Part shown: positions 1 through 11,320 of the stretch, one piece after another
How the letters are laid out: each line of letters opens with the position of its first letter
How positions within the stretch are numbered: the stretch's first letter is position 1
Assembly: GCF_018977255.1 (NCBI RefSeq)
Contig: NW_024704742.1
Location: forward strand, 97,590,001-97,654,000
Direction: 5' to 3'
Source: Callorhinchus milii
Lineage: Eukaryota
DNA: 64,000 nt
The notes under the pieces: model-generated
What the model saw: only the letters and a program-made list of their open reading frames with translations
Told to the model about the DNA's origin: nothing
Database searches by the model: none
Position numbers and translations under genes: made by a program

Positions 1-574
1 GGCAGCACTTTTAACTTTATGTCAGAGATTGTTGTTTCAGGACTTTAGACTTAGAGCTCATAGTTCAAGTTGATACTCCAGTTCATTGTTGAGTGTAAGC
101 CCTATATTTTCAGAGGTTCCAACCTTCAGAAAGGACATGAAATCAAAGTCTGGTCTGCCTCTTCAGGTGAATGTTAAAAATCTTATGGTACATTCAAAAA
201 GAGAAGGCAGTTTTTATAAAAATAAAAATATTAAATATTAAGAAGGGAAGCAAAAAGGGAGATTACAAAGGCTAAAAAGAAGTCAACTTGAAGAGCAATA
301 GCAAATCATTTTATGAGCATATAACAAATAAGATAATCAAAGAAAGGGTGAGACAACAAAGGTGGCAATCTTTTTGTTTGGTCAGCCAAGTTTCGGACAC
401 ATGCTTAAGAGTACGCAAACCAGATAGAATTTCATACATCCTACCTACACATGGAAAGTTACGCATTTTGAATGGGATACACACTCTCTCCCCGGAAGGA
501 CAAAAACAACTTGCATTTATATAGTGCCCTTCACGCCGGTTATTGTCTCAGCGTGATTAATAGCAGTGAAGCCT

Positions 575-1635
575 TACGCCCAGCTGGAAGGATAGTGGGG
601 AGATGTCAGTAAACACAGTTGAAGAAAAAGATCTTCAGGGTAATCTGAAAAAGGAGAGGAGGCAAAGTGGAGGGATTGAGGGAGAAAGTATTGGGGAGTG
701 AGAAGTGGCTGAAAGCACAGCGACTTACAGAGCATAGAGAGGAGTGAGTGGGATGGATCCTGAGGAGAGGGACTGGTTGAGTTTGTCTGCCAGCAAGGGG
801 CAGAGGAGGGGGAGTTGTGTGAAAAACAACTGGGTTGGAAGGGGGTCGAGGCAGCAGTGGGGGGCTTCATGTGGGTGATGATCATTGAGAGGGAGGCGGG
901 AGAAATGGAGGCAAAGTGGGGGCAGCAGGCCTTCAGTTCAGAGGCAGAGGAATGTGAGGAGAAAGATGTCCAAGAGGAAGGAGCCAAGTAATTTGGGAAG
1001 GGGTAGACAAGGAAGATTTTGAAGGAGAGAAGGGAGGGATGCTGTGGCAAAAGGAGTGGATGATGTAGAAGGTATTGGGTGGGAAGTTCTAGGGGACACA
1101 GGAGAGGAGGAAGAGGCAGTCAGGCAGATGTTATCTATCTTTGAAACAAAGAAGTCCAAGACCTCTTCACATTGGATGTAAGGTTCACGGGTGCTTGAGA
1201 GGGTGCATAGAGGAGGTGATGTAGTGATAAAGAACAGCACTTTGGGGGTTATTTTTGACTTCCAGAATGGCCTGGGAATTTTGGTTGCGCCACATTTGGC
1301 GGTACACAGTAAGGTCGGTTTTGTGTTCAAGTGTTTGGGCTTGGGATTTAATCAGAGCTATCAAGGTCATGGGTAATAACAAGGTAGAGAGGGTAGCCAT
1401 GGTTGTGGGTCAGGGGAGTTTATATGGAGGCTAAGGTTTAGGGAGGAGGGCAGCAAAATCAGAGTAGATGGTGCAGGAGGAGTTAAGATGAAGCTTGAAA
1501 TTGCCCATTATGGGCAGGCTTTCAGTTCAGATGCAGAGGGATGAGAGGAGATATCTGAGAGGATGGAGGTTTGGGGGGGTGTAGATGAAAAGGATTATGA
1601 CGGAGAGAAGTGGGGGATGGCACAGGTTGAGGTGC
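575..1635 (-). mobile_element. Highly decayed L2-like LINE ORF2 fragment
   Basis: Purine-rich plus strand with residual similarity to the L2 copy at 24850-25600 (KPTTCSLDP and LDFxxSKI regions). Confidence 0.55.
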
Positions 1636-1670
1636 TCAAAAGAGAGGAAGGAGACAGAGGATCAAGGAGA

Positions 1671-1984
1671 AATAATAATAATAATCCTTGCATTTGATAT
1701 AGCGCTTTTCACATCGGGAGGACGTCCCAAAGCGCTTCACAGAACACACTGTAAAGTGAATTGACTGTACATTTGTGGGCAAACGCGGCAGCCAATTGCG
1801 CACAGCAATGTCCCACAAACAGTCGTAGATTGAAAATGACCAATTTATTATTGTTTTGGAGGGATTATTATTAGGCTCTGTGTGGAGTAAGGAAACTTGC
1901 CCAAAGTTTTGCCCTGCCTGGAATTGAACTCGGGTCTCTCACTTGCAAAGCGAGTGCTCTAACCACTGAGCTACAGGACTCCAC
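1671..1984 (-). mobile_element. Full-length tRNA-head / Deu-domain-like / L2-tail SINE (~310 bp family)
   Basis: Reverse complement of the family at 20406; (AAT)n tail at 1671; A and B boxes at the head. Confidence 0.9.
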
Positions 1985-2329
1985 ACCACTGAGCTACAGG
2001 ACTCCACGATAGATGGAGAGAGGCTTGGAAGATTAGAACGACCCTGCCACCACCTTGGTTGGGACGGGGATGTGGTGGAAAGTAACTAAGCAGGAAGGCT
2101 TTGATGAGGAGTTCGAGGATCACAGGGGAACAGCCAGGCCTCAAGGCGTGGCTCTCACCCAGAGTATGCATTGCTGCTAGAGTTAAATCAGGGAAAATAA
2201 CATAGGTTGTCAATGAAAACTCCATTTTACAAACTTCCCACTCCTTCGGGGTAATCTTGTGGTTCAGATGCAGGCGTATAATCATAGATTCTAATCTTGC
2301 CTCGAGTTTTGGTCAACCATTTCAAACTC

Positions 2330-2700
2330 TTAGAAACACAGAAACAGGAGTAGACCATTCAACCCCTCGAGCCTGTTCTGCCTTTCAATAAGATCATGCC
2401 TGATCTGTACCTCAAGTCCAATTACCCGCGCTTATCCCTGAATACCCTGACCTAACAAATTTCTACTCACCTCAGTCTTGAAGATGTGAATGGATCCAGC
2501 ATCCACAGCCTTTTGAGGGAAGAGTTCCTTTGTTCCCCAAACCTCCTTTGTTGCAAGGTTACCTCAGATTCCATGCACTTTTATTTTTGCTAGTAACCTC
2601 TTTTGCGGAACCTTATCAAATGCCTTCTGGAAGTCCATGTAGACGACATCCATAGACACTCTCTTATCCACAGTATAGTGGAGGATATTTGATCCATTGA
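2330..2700 (-). mobile_element. CR1 fragments (3' end and RT piece)
   Basis: GAAACAGGAGTAGACCATTC..CCCTCGAGCCTG tail; YMDFQKAFDKV on the reverse strand. Confidence 0.75.
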
Positions 2701-3589
2701 ACTGTCTGTTCCATAAGTCCTTTGGAAGCTGGAACAGGAATTGCCATTCCGATAACAGCGTGCATCGGACTTGGCTGTTTGTGGGATATTGTTGGATGCA
2801 AATTGGCTGCCATATTTGCCCACGTAATTACAGTCACTCCACAGTACAGCCGTTGAAGTACTTTGTGACGGTTCCCCCCCGGATCAACATGCAAGGCGCT
2901 ATAACAAATGTAAGGGCTCACAGTAAACTCCGGCTTACTAGACTTCAGGTGTCCAAGAATTCGTACCTAGCTGGACCGGACCTGAAATGGATTTTAAAAA
3001 AAAGCCAATTAAAAAAAATCCATGTTTTGGAAGCAGAAAAAAATCCATGTTTTGGAAGCATGGAAGCAGACGCTTTAGCTAGCCCACTCTCCAACGCGCC
3101 CCACCTCACCATCCTTCAGCGGCCAGGGCCATTGACTTTGATACTTTATTCGCTACCTTCTGCTCGCGGGATCCAAACAATTACAATGGCAGGACCAACA
3201 TTTTATCAGCACTGAAAAAAGCCAGCAAACAAAAAGCTGGTAAATGTACTGTAATGCCACTTGCCTGGAAATTCCAGCTCACTGGACTGGATTCCCCCCA
3301 CCGCGCCCCCCCACCATTAGTCAAGCTAGCCGGGCTTTAGTATACTATTATTATGACAAGGGACCAATTCCAGCAATCTATTCCCATATCAGCCACACCA
3401 TTTTGCTGTTGTATGGATGCAAGGTCCGTCATGATAAATATAATGACTTTGCATGCAGTCATTATATGCAATCCAAAGTCATTACATTTGACATTAAGGA
3501 GCAAGAGATCTGTGTTATATTGCTTCATGACAAATAAAATTTGGCTGTACAAACTTCATTGCAAAATGACACGGCAGGATATTGTACAA

Positions 3590-3860
3590 AAGATTTTATT
3601 TATAATAAAGCTTTTCACCAAATTATTCAAATTTGACAATCAAAAACAAATGTTGTGCCATTAAGATATTGAAGTGACAATGTAATTTATTCACCATTTC
3701 ATCAGCAGGGAACTGAGGCATTCACTCTGGTAAAATATTCATAAATATACAATTTAAATTGTTGTTAACTAAATACACTCCAATGAGTAACAATACATTT
3801 AAAACATTGTTGCTTTTTATAAACACTTTTGATTCAAGATTGACTCATATTTTATTAAGA
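3590..3860 (-). terminator. Cluster of candidate polyadenylation signals for a long GCNT1 3' UTR
   Basis: Minus-strand AATAAA at 3595-3600, 3686-3691 and 3851-3856 in AT-rich, TGTA-containing sequence. More proximal candidates lie at 7382-7387 and 5800-5805. The site actually used cannot be determined from sequence. Confidence 0.35.
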
Positions 3861-6246
3861 ATTAAATGAAAACAACATTTGCAGGAGCAAACTGCTGTGC
3901 TTCTGCTGGTTTCTCCCTTGTGCAATAAAACAATAAAAACCTGCATTTATATAGCGCCCTTGCATTCATATAAAAGCCCCAGTCCCGCTATTCATGCCCC
4001 TTACACTGCTCTGTTACAGATCCCAGATAAATCAACACCTCTGAGTTGCACACTTCTGTCCCACAATTAAAACATTTACAGCTTTCAAGTAATGTACAGT
4101 ATAGGTTCACTGCAAATAGATACCATATGTACAGACACTCCATTAAAATATTGCATAAAAGTACAAAGCATTACAAAATGTATTTTGCCTTTAAACGATT
4201 CCAATCATTTTATATTAAAAACCTCATTTTAAAAGTGAATTAAGAATAATTACTGTATTATTTCTGTCCTTTATACTGTATGCAGTGATTTGACATTAGG
4301 ATTTTTTTTGACAATTTTAAGTATGAATTGAATTGATGATAAGCACAATACTGACACATGTCACTAAATCCTATGTTCACGCTTTGTATGATTTCTTGGG
4401 AAAATGTGTCGCACCTATCATGCACGTAATACGTTACTGAGAAGCAGCTAATAACGATTGATAGGTATTGTGCACCACAGGATACATTATATTTGTACGA
4501 GCCTACAAAATACAGTCACTACACATTGCAGTAAAATTCTGTGAAGCACTTTGAGACATCCTCCTGACATGAAAAGTGCTATATGAAATGCAGGATTACA
4601 ACACAACAACAATTGCTATTATTGTTGCAATTGTTGTTATTGTCATCATCACTAAATACCAAATGATCCACAATTTCATTCCCAATTCCACCCTTGTGTT
4701 CTAACTCCCATGTGATTATGAAATATGGGAATCACTGCTTATCAGTAGTATATTAAAGATTTTGGAAGCGATGTAAGTGAGATGTGCAAAAACCCATTGT
4801 AAATGCTCAGTGGTTTGATGTTGTGACTTACAGCCTTAACATATTGTACTGTGTCATTGATCCGACAGTATATTGTGTGGAATAAATGTGCCACACAATG
4901 CTTCTGCACATGTCTGTGTTGTTCACTTGAATGACAAGTAAAAGCTTCTTTTGCAAAGTTGACTGCGCCTGTCAAATTATAATGCAGATATTGAGTGTTC
5001 CACTGTATACCAGGAATAATTTACACCTCTATAGTGCCATTCTAATTGGGAGAATGTCTCAAAACACTTTACAAAGTCTAAGTTAGAGCCCAAATTGTGA
5101 ATGGGAGTGAAAGTGGAGATGAGATAAGATTTCAGACCAGATTTAAAAGCAGAGAGGGGGAGGAGGAGGAAGGATACCAGGAGACAGTTCAAGTGAGAAG
5201 GGGCAAACTGGCTTCAGGTTTGCCTCCCGATGGTGCGGGGAGCAGGTGGAGGAAGCATGAAGCTTCATATAAAAAGGGGTAAAAATCTTCTGTGCAAGTG
5301 TCTAAATAGCAAGCAGGGCCTGCAGGACATGTGTCACCTTGCTTTGTCCTCCACTACAGTGCTGTTTTCAGAAGGTCACCCACAGTTTGAAGAAGCAGAA
5401 ACACGATCAACCATCAGCTCACATTACACCTGCACAAGATGAGAACTCAACAAAGTGCACATCAGGACAAATGGCTAAGAGCATGATTCTCTCACTTCCT
5501 TAAAATAGCTTGTAGCTAACACAACAGAGGCAAGCTGGAGAAAAAACACTTTAGCATATGTTGAATTGCAGTTCAAAGACCCTTTTACATATCATTTGCC
5601 TTGAGAAATCATATTATTAAAGATGGTTTCTTTTTCTGTAGGGGCTCCTCAGCACAGTAATTTTCCAGTGTTAACCAAAAAAGTCAAGCTCCAACGAGAA
5701 ACTCTAGAAACTCAGCATTATTGGGCCACAAACGGTATTAATTTTCTTAAGGGCATCTTTTAAATCATTTTGTATTCTAAGAGTCTTCATCTAGATTCTT
5801 TTATTTGATTGTAGTCTAAAAAGTTGCATCAGAAAGAGTAAACATCATCCACAAACACCAGAACATTCCACAATTTTTTTTGTGTATGAATACATAATTT
5901 CAGTTCTTTAATTTCCCTCAAAAAATCTAAGCCATTCTTGAAGTTAAACCTCTAAAATCTTAAAAGTTGTAGTACTTAGATCCAGCTTAGTTTTTTTAAT
6001 ATAATAGATTTGCTTTTCATTTAATATACTCCTTTTTTTAAAAAAGTGCACTTGGACTTAGCTAAGATTTAATTGAAAGTGAAAAATGGAGGCAGAATGA
6101 TGTCCAAAACCTTCGTTCAATATTTAATTTGAAATGCGATGTGAATGTATCGTGTCAACAGAAAACAAACATTACCAGTTTAAATTCACATCTGAATCTT
6201 ATTGTATCTAATAGTTCTTTGCCTTGAGAACTGCAACAATTCCTTT

Positions 6247-6394
6247 ACTGCAAAGCTTTCATTACTCTTTTGTATGCATTCTCATTTTTTATAAAAAGGG
6301 ACTCAGGAAATGGATTTGGCTCAATATGGAACAAACCTAATAATTATTTATAAAAATGAGGATGCATTCAAAAGAGTAATGAAGGCTTTGCAGT
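6247..6394. repeat. Inverted repeat, ~48-bp arms with a ~51-nt spacer
   Basis: 6247-6295 is the reverse complement of 6347-6394 with 3 mismatches and a 1-nt indel. Confidence 0.9.
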
Positions 6395-8110
6395 CAATCA
6401 TCATCCACATACTGTAATTGGGATATTCATATTGCTAAATAAAGGGATATTCAAATGAAGCCCAATACTAGCAAAGAATCATTTTGTTTCCCCAGAGGCA
6501 AAGTTGGAGCTGTAGGTCAGACAACCATGTACAGTACTGGATTGAGGAGAACATATCATTGATGAATCAAGGTTGGTCAAGCTGTCCATCTTAAAGCGAT
6601 CACAATGTGAAAGTACATTACTGTACTGAGTCTTTAAATTGAAAACATAGCCATGTTGTCAGAAAATTCAAAAATAAGCAGTTCATGATTAATATATATA
6701 TATATAGAAAGATAAAATAAACTTTTGAACACACATTTCACTTTTCTTTAAAAAACAAAAATCCACTCCCTTTTCTTTGGTTCTTAACCAGGTCTTAGGC
6801 TGAGAAATGGAGAGCAAATGAGCTGTCACCAGTCCTCTGCTCTGATAGTGCTGGTAAGTCAATCACAGAATGTGCGTAACTCACTACCGTCCCACAGATG
6901 GAATCATCTTACATTTGTTCAGTCCCACTCCACGTAGGCCGACTCAAATCAGAAACTTGGGGAGGAAATCATTCGAGAAACACACAGACTATCCAATCCA
7001 GCACACAGCCACACGCTACTGCACCCTTCACTAATAGCCACCGCAAACGTAAAGCTTTTTTTAAATAAAAAAAATGACATTTTGTTTGGTATCTTGTTCA
7101 TTTCCCACAGGTTATGCTTATCAATGCTCAGGATTGAAGTTTGTTGGTACTTGGTAGTTTTCTCTTTAATCTTGTTATGTAAATCAAGTTATTTGTAAAG
7201 TATAACTAGAAACAGACTTTTGCTGGAGCAGCACAGCAGTTAAAAGTGTTAACTTCGTTTCATTTCTTCCCTCCCTCCATACTCTTCTCACAAATCATTT
7301 AGTTTCAATACAAGTCATTCTAATGTTGCAACACTTCTTACTTGGTGCTGTAAAATAACATAAGTTCTTAGCAAGTGCCAATTTATTAAGACATCACTGT
7401 TAGGAAGCATCCCTTGATGGCCTCTCAGAACATTCAGCATGTCTGCTAACAAGATTTCCCTGCACAAGTATTTCCCGTTTTACAATCGGACCTGATGGTT
7501 TAAACTACTGTATTCCCATAGTTAACAGAGCATTAGCCCTGCAATATCTGCGAGTGACATCAAATCAAGCCACCAGCTGTTGGGGTCAGTTTTATGGAGA
7601 TCATGTTTGTTGGCAGACTAGAGGAATGAGTATTTTGTTACAGAGGAACACATCGCCTCAATAATGGGGACGATATAGTTAAGTAATATCAGAAAAAATA
7701 TTCAAATCTCATTGCCATGATTCAATGCACTGCTACACTGCACAGAGGATTACATAAGGGCAGTTTTATAAATTAAGAAAATCGGAACAGCTTAGATGTC
7801 CTTAAGATACCTTATAATGAAATATCAGTAATGACAATTTGCATATAACTGGCATGCTGTCTTGCCGAAATAAGAACAAACTCATCCCAAGGTTTTATCC
7901 TTTAACTATTTAGCTAGCCACAATTTGTCAAGAAACACATGCATTCTGTTGACAACACAATGTGAATGAATTTTCAAATCTTATATGCATTTTCTACTAA
8001 AGGAAACAGTCAAATCTTGCAGCAGGTCCAGCAACACCTTGAGTCATGCAACAGTACCAACATGGCAAATTGATCTTTAAGAGATTTGTACAAAAGAGAT
8101 GTACATGGAA

Positions 8111-9397
8111 TTATGTATACGTTAGAAAGCGCTTGAGAGCTTTGCGCCTCAGATGCTCTTCTAAGCACTGAACTGCTATGCCATCAACAGATGAGTCAAA
8201 CTTATTAGCAAATAGGTGATGCTGCTTTAACATCCAATTCAGATCGCCTGCTCCATATACACACACCGAACGGATGTGTGTCCCAGTGCAAGGAGGATAA
8301 GGAGCTCCCTTGGAAACATCACCTTCCAAGTAGCTCCATTTTACCAGCCTAGCTAAAGAGTTCATGTCAGAGACATCAAATTTGGTATTAACAGGAACCG
8401 ATCCAGGAACGTTAGGCATTCTCTGAAGTGTTGCCCACATGTGCTCATCTGGACTGAAAGTGTCTTTCTCCCACATAAGAAAGTTCTGAATTTTTGTGTT
8501 TCCCAATATGTATTCCACAAAATCTCTACTGACAACAAAGTAGGCACTTCCTGAAAACATTGGTGTTGCAATTGGTGGAGGCTGTTTGCTCGTTCCCATA
8601 TTCTTTAGCCTCCCATTCACTACTTGATGCTGCTGTTTCCATCTCTTCTCTTTATGAGGTAATGTCTTCTCGGTTTCAAGGCTGTTCTTACCCTTCAAGG
8701 CCTTGAGGTTCTCCACCATTTCAAAATTGGTTTTTAAGGGGAAATCCAAACCGCAGAGATTGATCAAGTATTTCCATGTTGAGTTTCTTTGGAGAAGATC
8801 CTTCATGCAGTTTACATCAGCCTGTACCCTGCTAAACGATGCATAAGTTACACTCTCAAGTTGGCTGGCGATAAAGACGTTGTCAAAACATGACACAATG
8901 CCCTTAACTGCATCAAAGAAAGTTGTAGATGATTTTTTGTCAACATGAACACAGTAAAAATTCTGAGGTGCATATATTGATCTTAAAAGTCTTCCAAACA
9001 TGTCAATTCTGTGATGGATTACTATAGAGTAGGCTATAGGAAACTCTTCTTCCTCTTTGCTTATTGGGAAAGTGACATATTTTTGAAACTTGGTGAAGTT
9101 GGGACAATGTTTGGTCAAGCCTATATAATCAGTCTCACTGAGCACAGGACGATTTTGGTATATATTGGAGATTAACTGAAGTTTTGCCAGTTTTAGTATA
9201 TCTTCATTTCCATCAAGGACACCAGAGCAGTTTATATAATATCTAGCATCCTCTTCGACCAGCTCCAAATCTTTGCACTGGTTTACAGGCTCCTTTTGAC
9301 GACTTGTAACAAATAGAAATGTAAGGATGCAGAACACTCCAGTAAGTATCCATCGAAGCAGCTTAGCCTTGAAATGCCGCAGCCTCCTGCACAACAT
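8111..9397 (-). CDS. GCNT1: Core-2 beta-1,6-N-acetylglucosaminyltransferase (GT14/Branch family), GCNT1-like, 428 aa, complete in one exon
   Basis: Seen: uninterrupted ATG-to-TAA ORF with type II membrane topology (basic N-tail, TM LLRWILTGVFCILTFLFVT). Motifs FPIAYSIVIH, PQNFYCVHVD, SRVQADVNCM, WKYLINLCGLDFPLKTN, FSGSAYFVVSR, DTFSPDEH (catalytic Glu), EGDVSKGAPYPPC, HHLFANKFD. Knowledge: these closely match human GCNT1 as I recall it, and RFK is the neighbour of GCNT1 in human. Confidence 0.93.
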   Translation of the reverse strand: MLCRRLRHFKAKLLRWILTGVFCILTFLFVTSRQKEPVNQCKDLELVEEDARYYINCSGVLDGNEDILKLAKLQLISNIYQNRPVLSETDYIGLTKHCPNFTKFQKYVTFPISKEEEEFPIAYSIVIHHRIDMFGRLLRSIYAPQNFYCVHVDKKSSTTFFDAVKGIVSCFDNVFIASQLESVTYASFSRVQADVNCMKDLLQRNSTWKYLINLCGLDFPLKTNFEMVENLKALKGKNSLETEKTLPHKEKRWKQQHQVVNGRLKNMGTSKQPPPIATPMFSGSAYFVVSRDFVEYILGNTKIQNFLMWEKDTFSPDEHMWATLQRMPNVPGSVPVNTKFDVSDMNSLARLVKWSYLEGDVSKGAPYPPCTGTHIRSVCVYGAGDLNWMLKQHHLFANKFDSSVDGIAVQCLEEHLRRKALKRFLTYT

Positions 9398-9575
9398 TTC
9401 TGGTTACTTGGTAAGACGTCAACCTTACCTCCTGTTCCTCATCAGTTTCCTTACTGTGCACTCGGTCAGTCAAGCCTTCACTGTGGAATCCTGCTTGTTT
9501 GCACTTCTGCTACATTAGCTTGGAAATACTCTTCATGAATGAATGAAAAAACTGTAACAGAACGGAAAAAAAAGA
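9398..9575 (-). other. GCNT1: 5' UTR part of the GCNT1 coding exon (9398-9551) and its splice acceptor
   Basis: Minus strand reads a T-run then ccgttctgttacAG| (AG at 9553-9552), a strong polypyrimidine tract 154 nt upstream of the ATG. Confidence 0.75.
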
Positions 9576-9906
9576 CTTATTTAAGATAATTGCAGCAATG
9601 CGGATCCACATGTATGAAAACTATTTCTGTATCAAGTAAATTAAACAAGAATGGTCTGACAGAGTCAAATGTAAGTTAAGTGATGGTGAAATAGAAGTTT
9701 CACAAAAAACAGTAATAAAAACAGAAGTTGCTGGGAACGCAGGTCAGGCAGCAGTTATGGAGAAAGGAAAGTAAGTTAACGTTTCAGGTCGATGACCTTT
9801 CATCAGATTTCCAGCAGTATTTTGCAATCCTTTAGTTCCTTTATCTATGTCTTTCCAAATGCAAGGACGTGAATGGGATCGAACTAATGCAATGGTACAG
9901 CCTTAC

Positions 9907-10006
9907 CTGAAAGGTAAGCAATAAGACCTTCCATTGTATTAAGCCTTCAATTCTGTCAATTTCACCTTACATCATCTAGTTATTTTCTGTAAATATTTAA
10001 CAACTG
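9907..10006 (-). other. Candidate internal non-coding (5' UTR) exon of GCNT1
   Basis: Minus strand has a T-run then ctttacTAGCAG (tandem NAGNAG acceptor at 10009-10004) and a CAG|GTAAGG donor (GT at 9906-9905), giving a 97-100 nt exon. Inference from splice signals only. Confidence 0.4.
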
Positions 10007-10087
10007 CTAGTAAAGAAAAAAAATATAGATAGAGAATATAGTGAACCAAAGTAATTTCACTATCATTCACACAGCACACACATTATA

Positions 10088-10275
10088 TAATAATAATAAT
10101 TCCTTGCATTTGATATAGCGCTATTCATATCTTCTAGACGTCTCAAAGCGCTTCACAGAATATACTGTAAAGTGAATTGACTGTATATTTTATGGGCGAA
10201 ACGCAGCAGCCAATTGCGCACAGCAATGTCCCACAAACAGTCGTGGATTGAAGTGACCAATTTATTATTGTTTTT
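10088..10275 (-). mobile_element. 3' half of tRNA-Deu-L2 SINE (similar partial copies near 10628-10723, 13735-13855, 35890-36010, 42676-42805, 50697-50790)
   Basis: (AAT)n CCTTGCATTTGATATAGCGC.. tail and Deu-like body on the reverse strand. Confidence 0.8.
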
Positions 10276-11017
10276 TTTCTTGATAAGAAAAACAAACATT
10301 CCCTGCCCCCCACCACAGCAACTTGTATTTATATAGAACCATTCAAACAGGTAGCACCCTTGGAGTGCTTAATAGTAGTGTGGTTTGATGCCGAATTCGA
10401 AAGAGAGGGGAAGTGACCGAAAGCACGGTCGAAAAGGAAAGACTTTGATTTGATTTCCCATACACCAATTTTCTCCACCCCACACAAACTCCACATACAC
10501 CCATGCTTGATTTTTTCTGGTTACAAGCTAACCACCTGAATATTGATAACAATAAAAACAACAAATAGCACACCTCATTTCATAATTGATAAATATGATA
10601 CTTTGCAGCCTCTTTAGCTGAATTATGTAATAATAATAATCCTTGGATTTGACATAGCGCCTTATTACGTCTTCGAGACATTTCAAAGTGCTTGACAGAA
10701 TATACTGTGAAGTGAATTGACTGTCCCGCGAACAGTAGTTTGTCTGGTGACAAACATGACTTTACAACCAATTTGAGGAATCATGAATCTCAAAATTTCA
10801 AGTATCTTTCAAAAGTTGTACAGGACAGCCACAAAGACCTTTATCGACTCCAGTGATACATTATATTGCAACGGTGGAGCCAAATGTCTTATCTTCACAA
10901 AGTAGTCATAAGAGTAAACAGAACAATTTTGCTACATTTGTAATGAGAACAGGACACTGAATCAATCTAAAAAGCAGTTTGATGTTCAGAATGGGGGGAT
11001 GGGGTGTGGGCTGGAAG

Positions 11018-11320
11018 GTGGAGCCCAGTGGTTAGAGCACTCACTTTGCAAGCGAGCAACCTGGGTTTGATTCCCGGCAGGGTGAAATCTTGGGCAAGTT
11101 TCCTTACTCCACACGCCTGATAATAATCCTTCAAGAAAATAAAACAATAATAAATTGGTCACTTCAAACCACGACTGTTTGTGGGACACTGTTGTGCGCA
11201 ATTGGCTGCTGCATTTCGCTCTCAAATATACAGTCAATTCACTTTACAGACTATTCTGTGAAGCGCTTCAAGATGTCGAGAAGATGTGAAAAGCGCTAAA
11301 TCAAATGCAAGGATTATTTT
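11018..11320 (+). mobile_element. tRNA-Deu-L2 SINE, near full length
   Basis: Same head, body and tail as the 20406 copy, more diverged. Confidence 0.88.
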
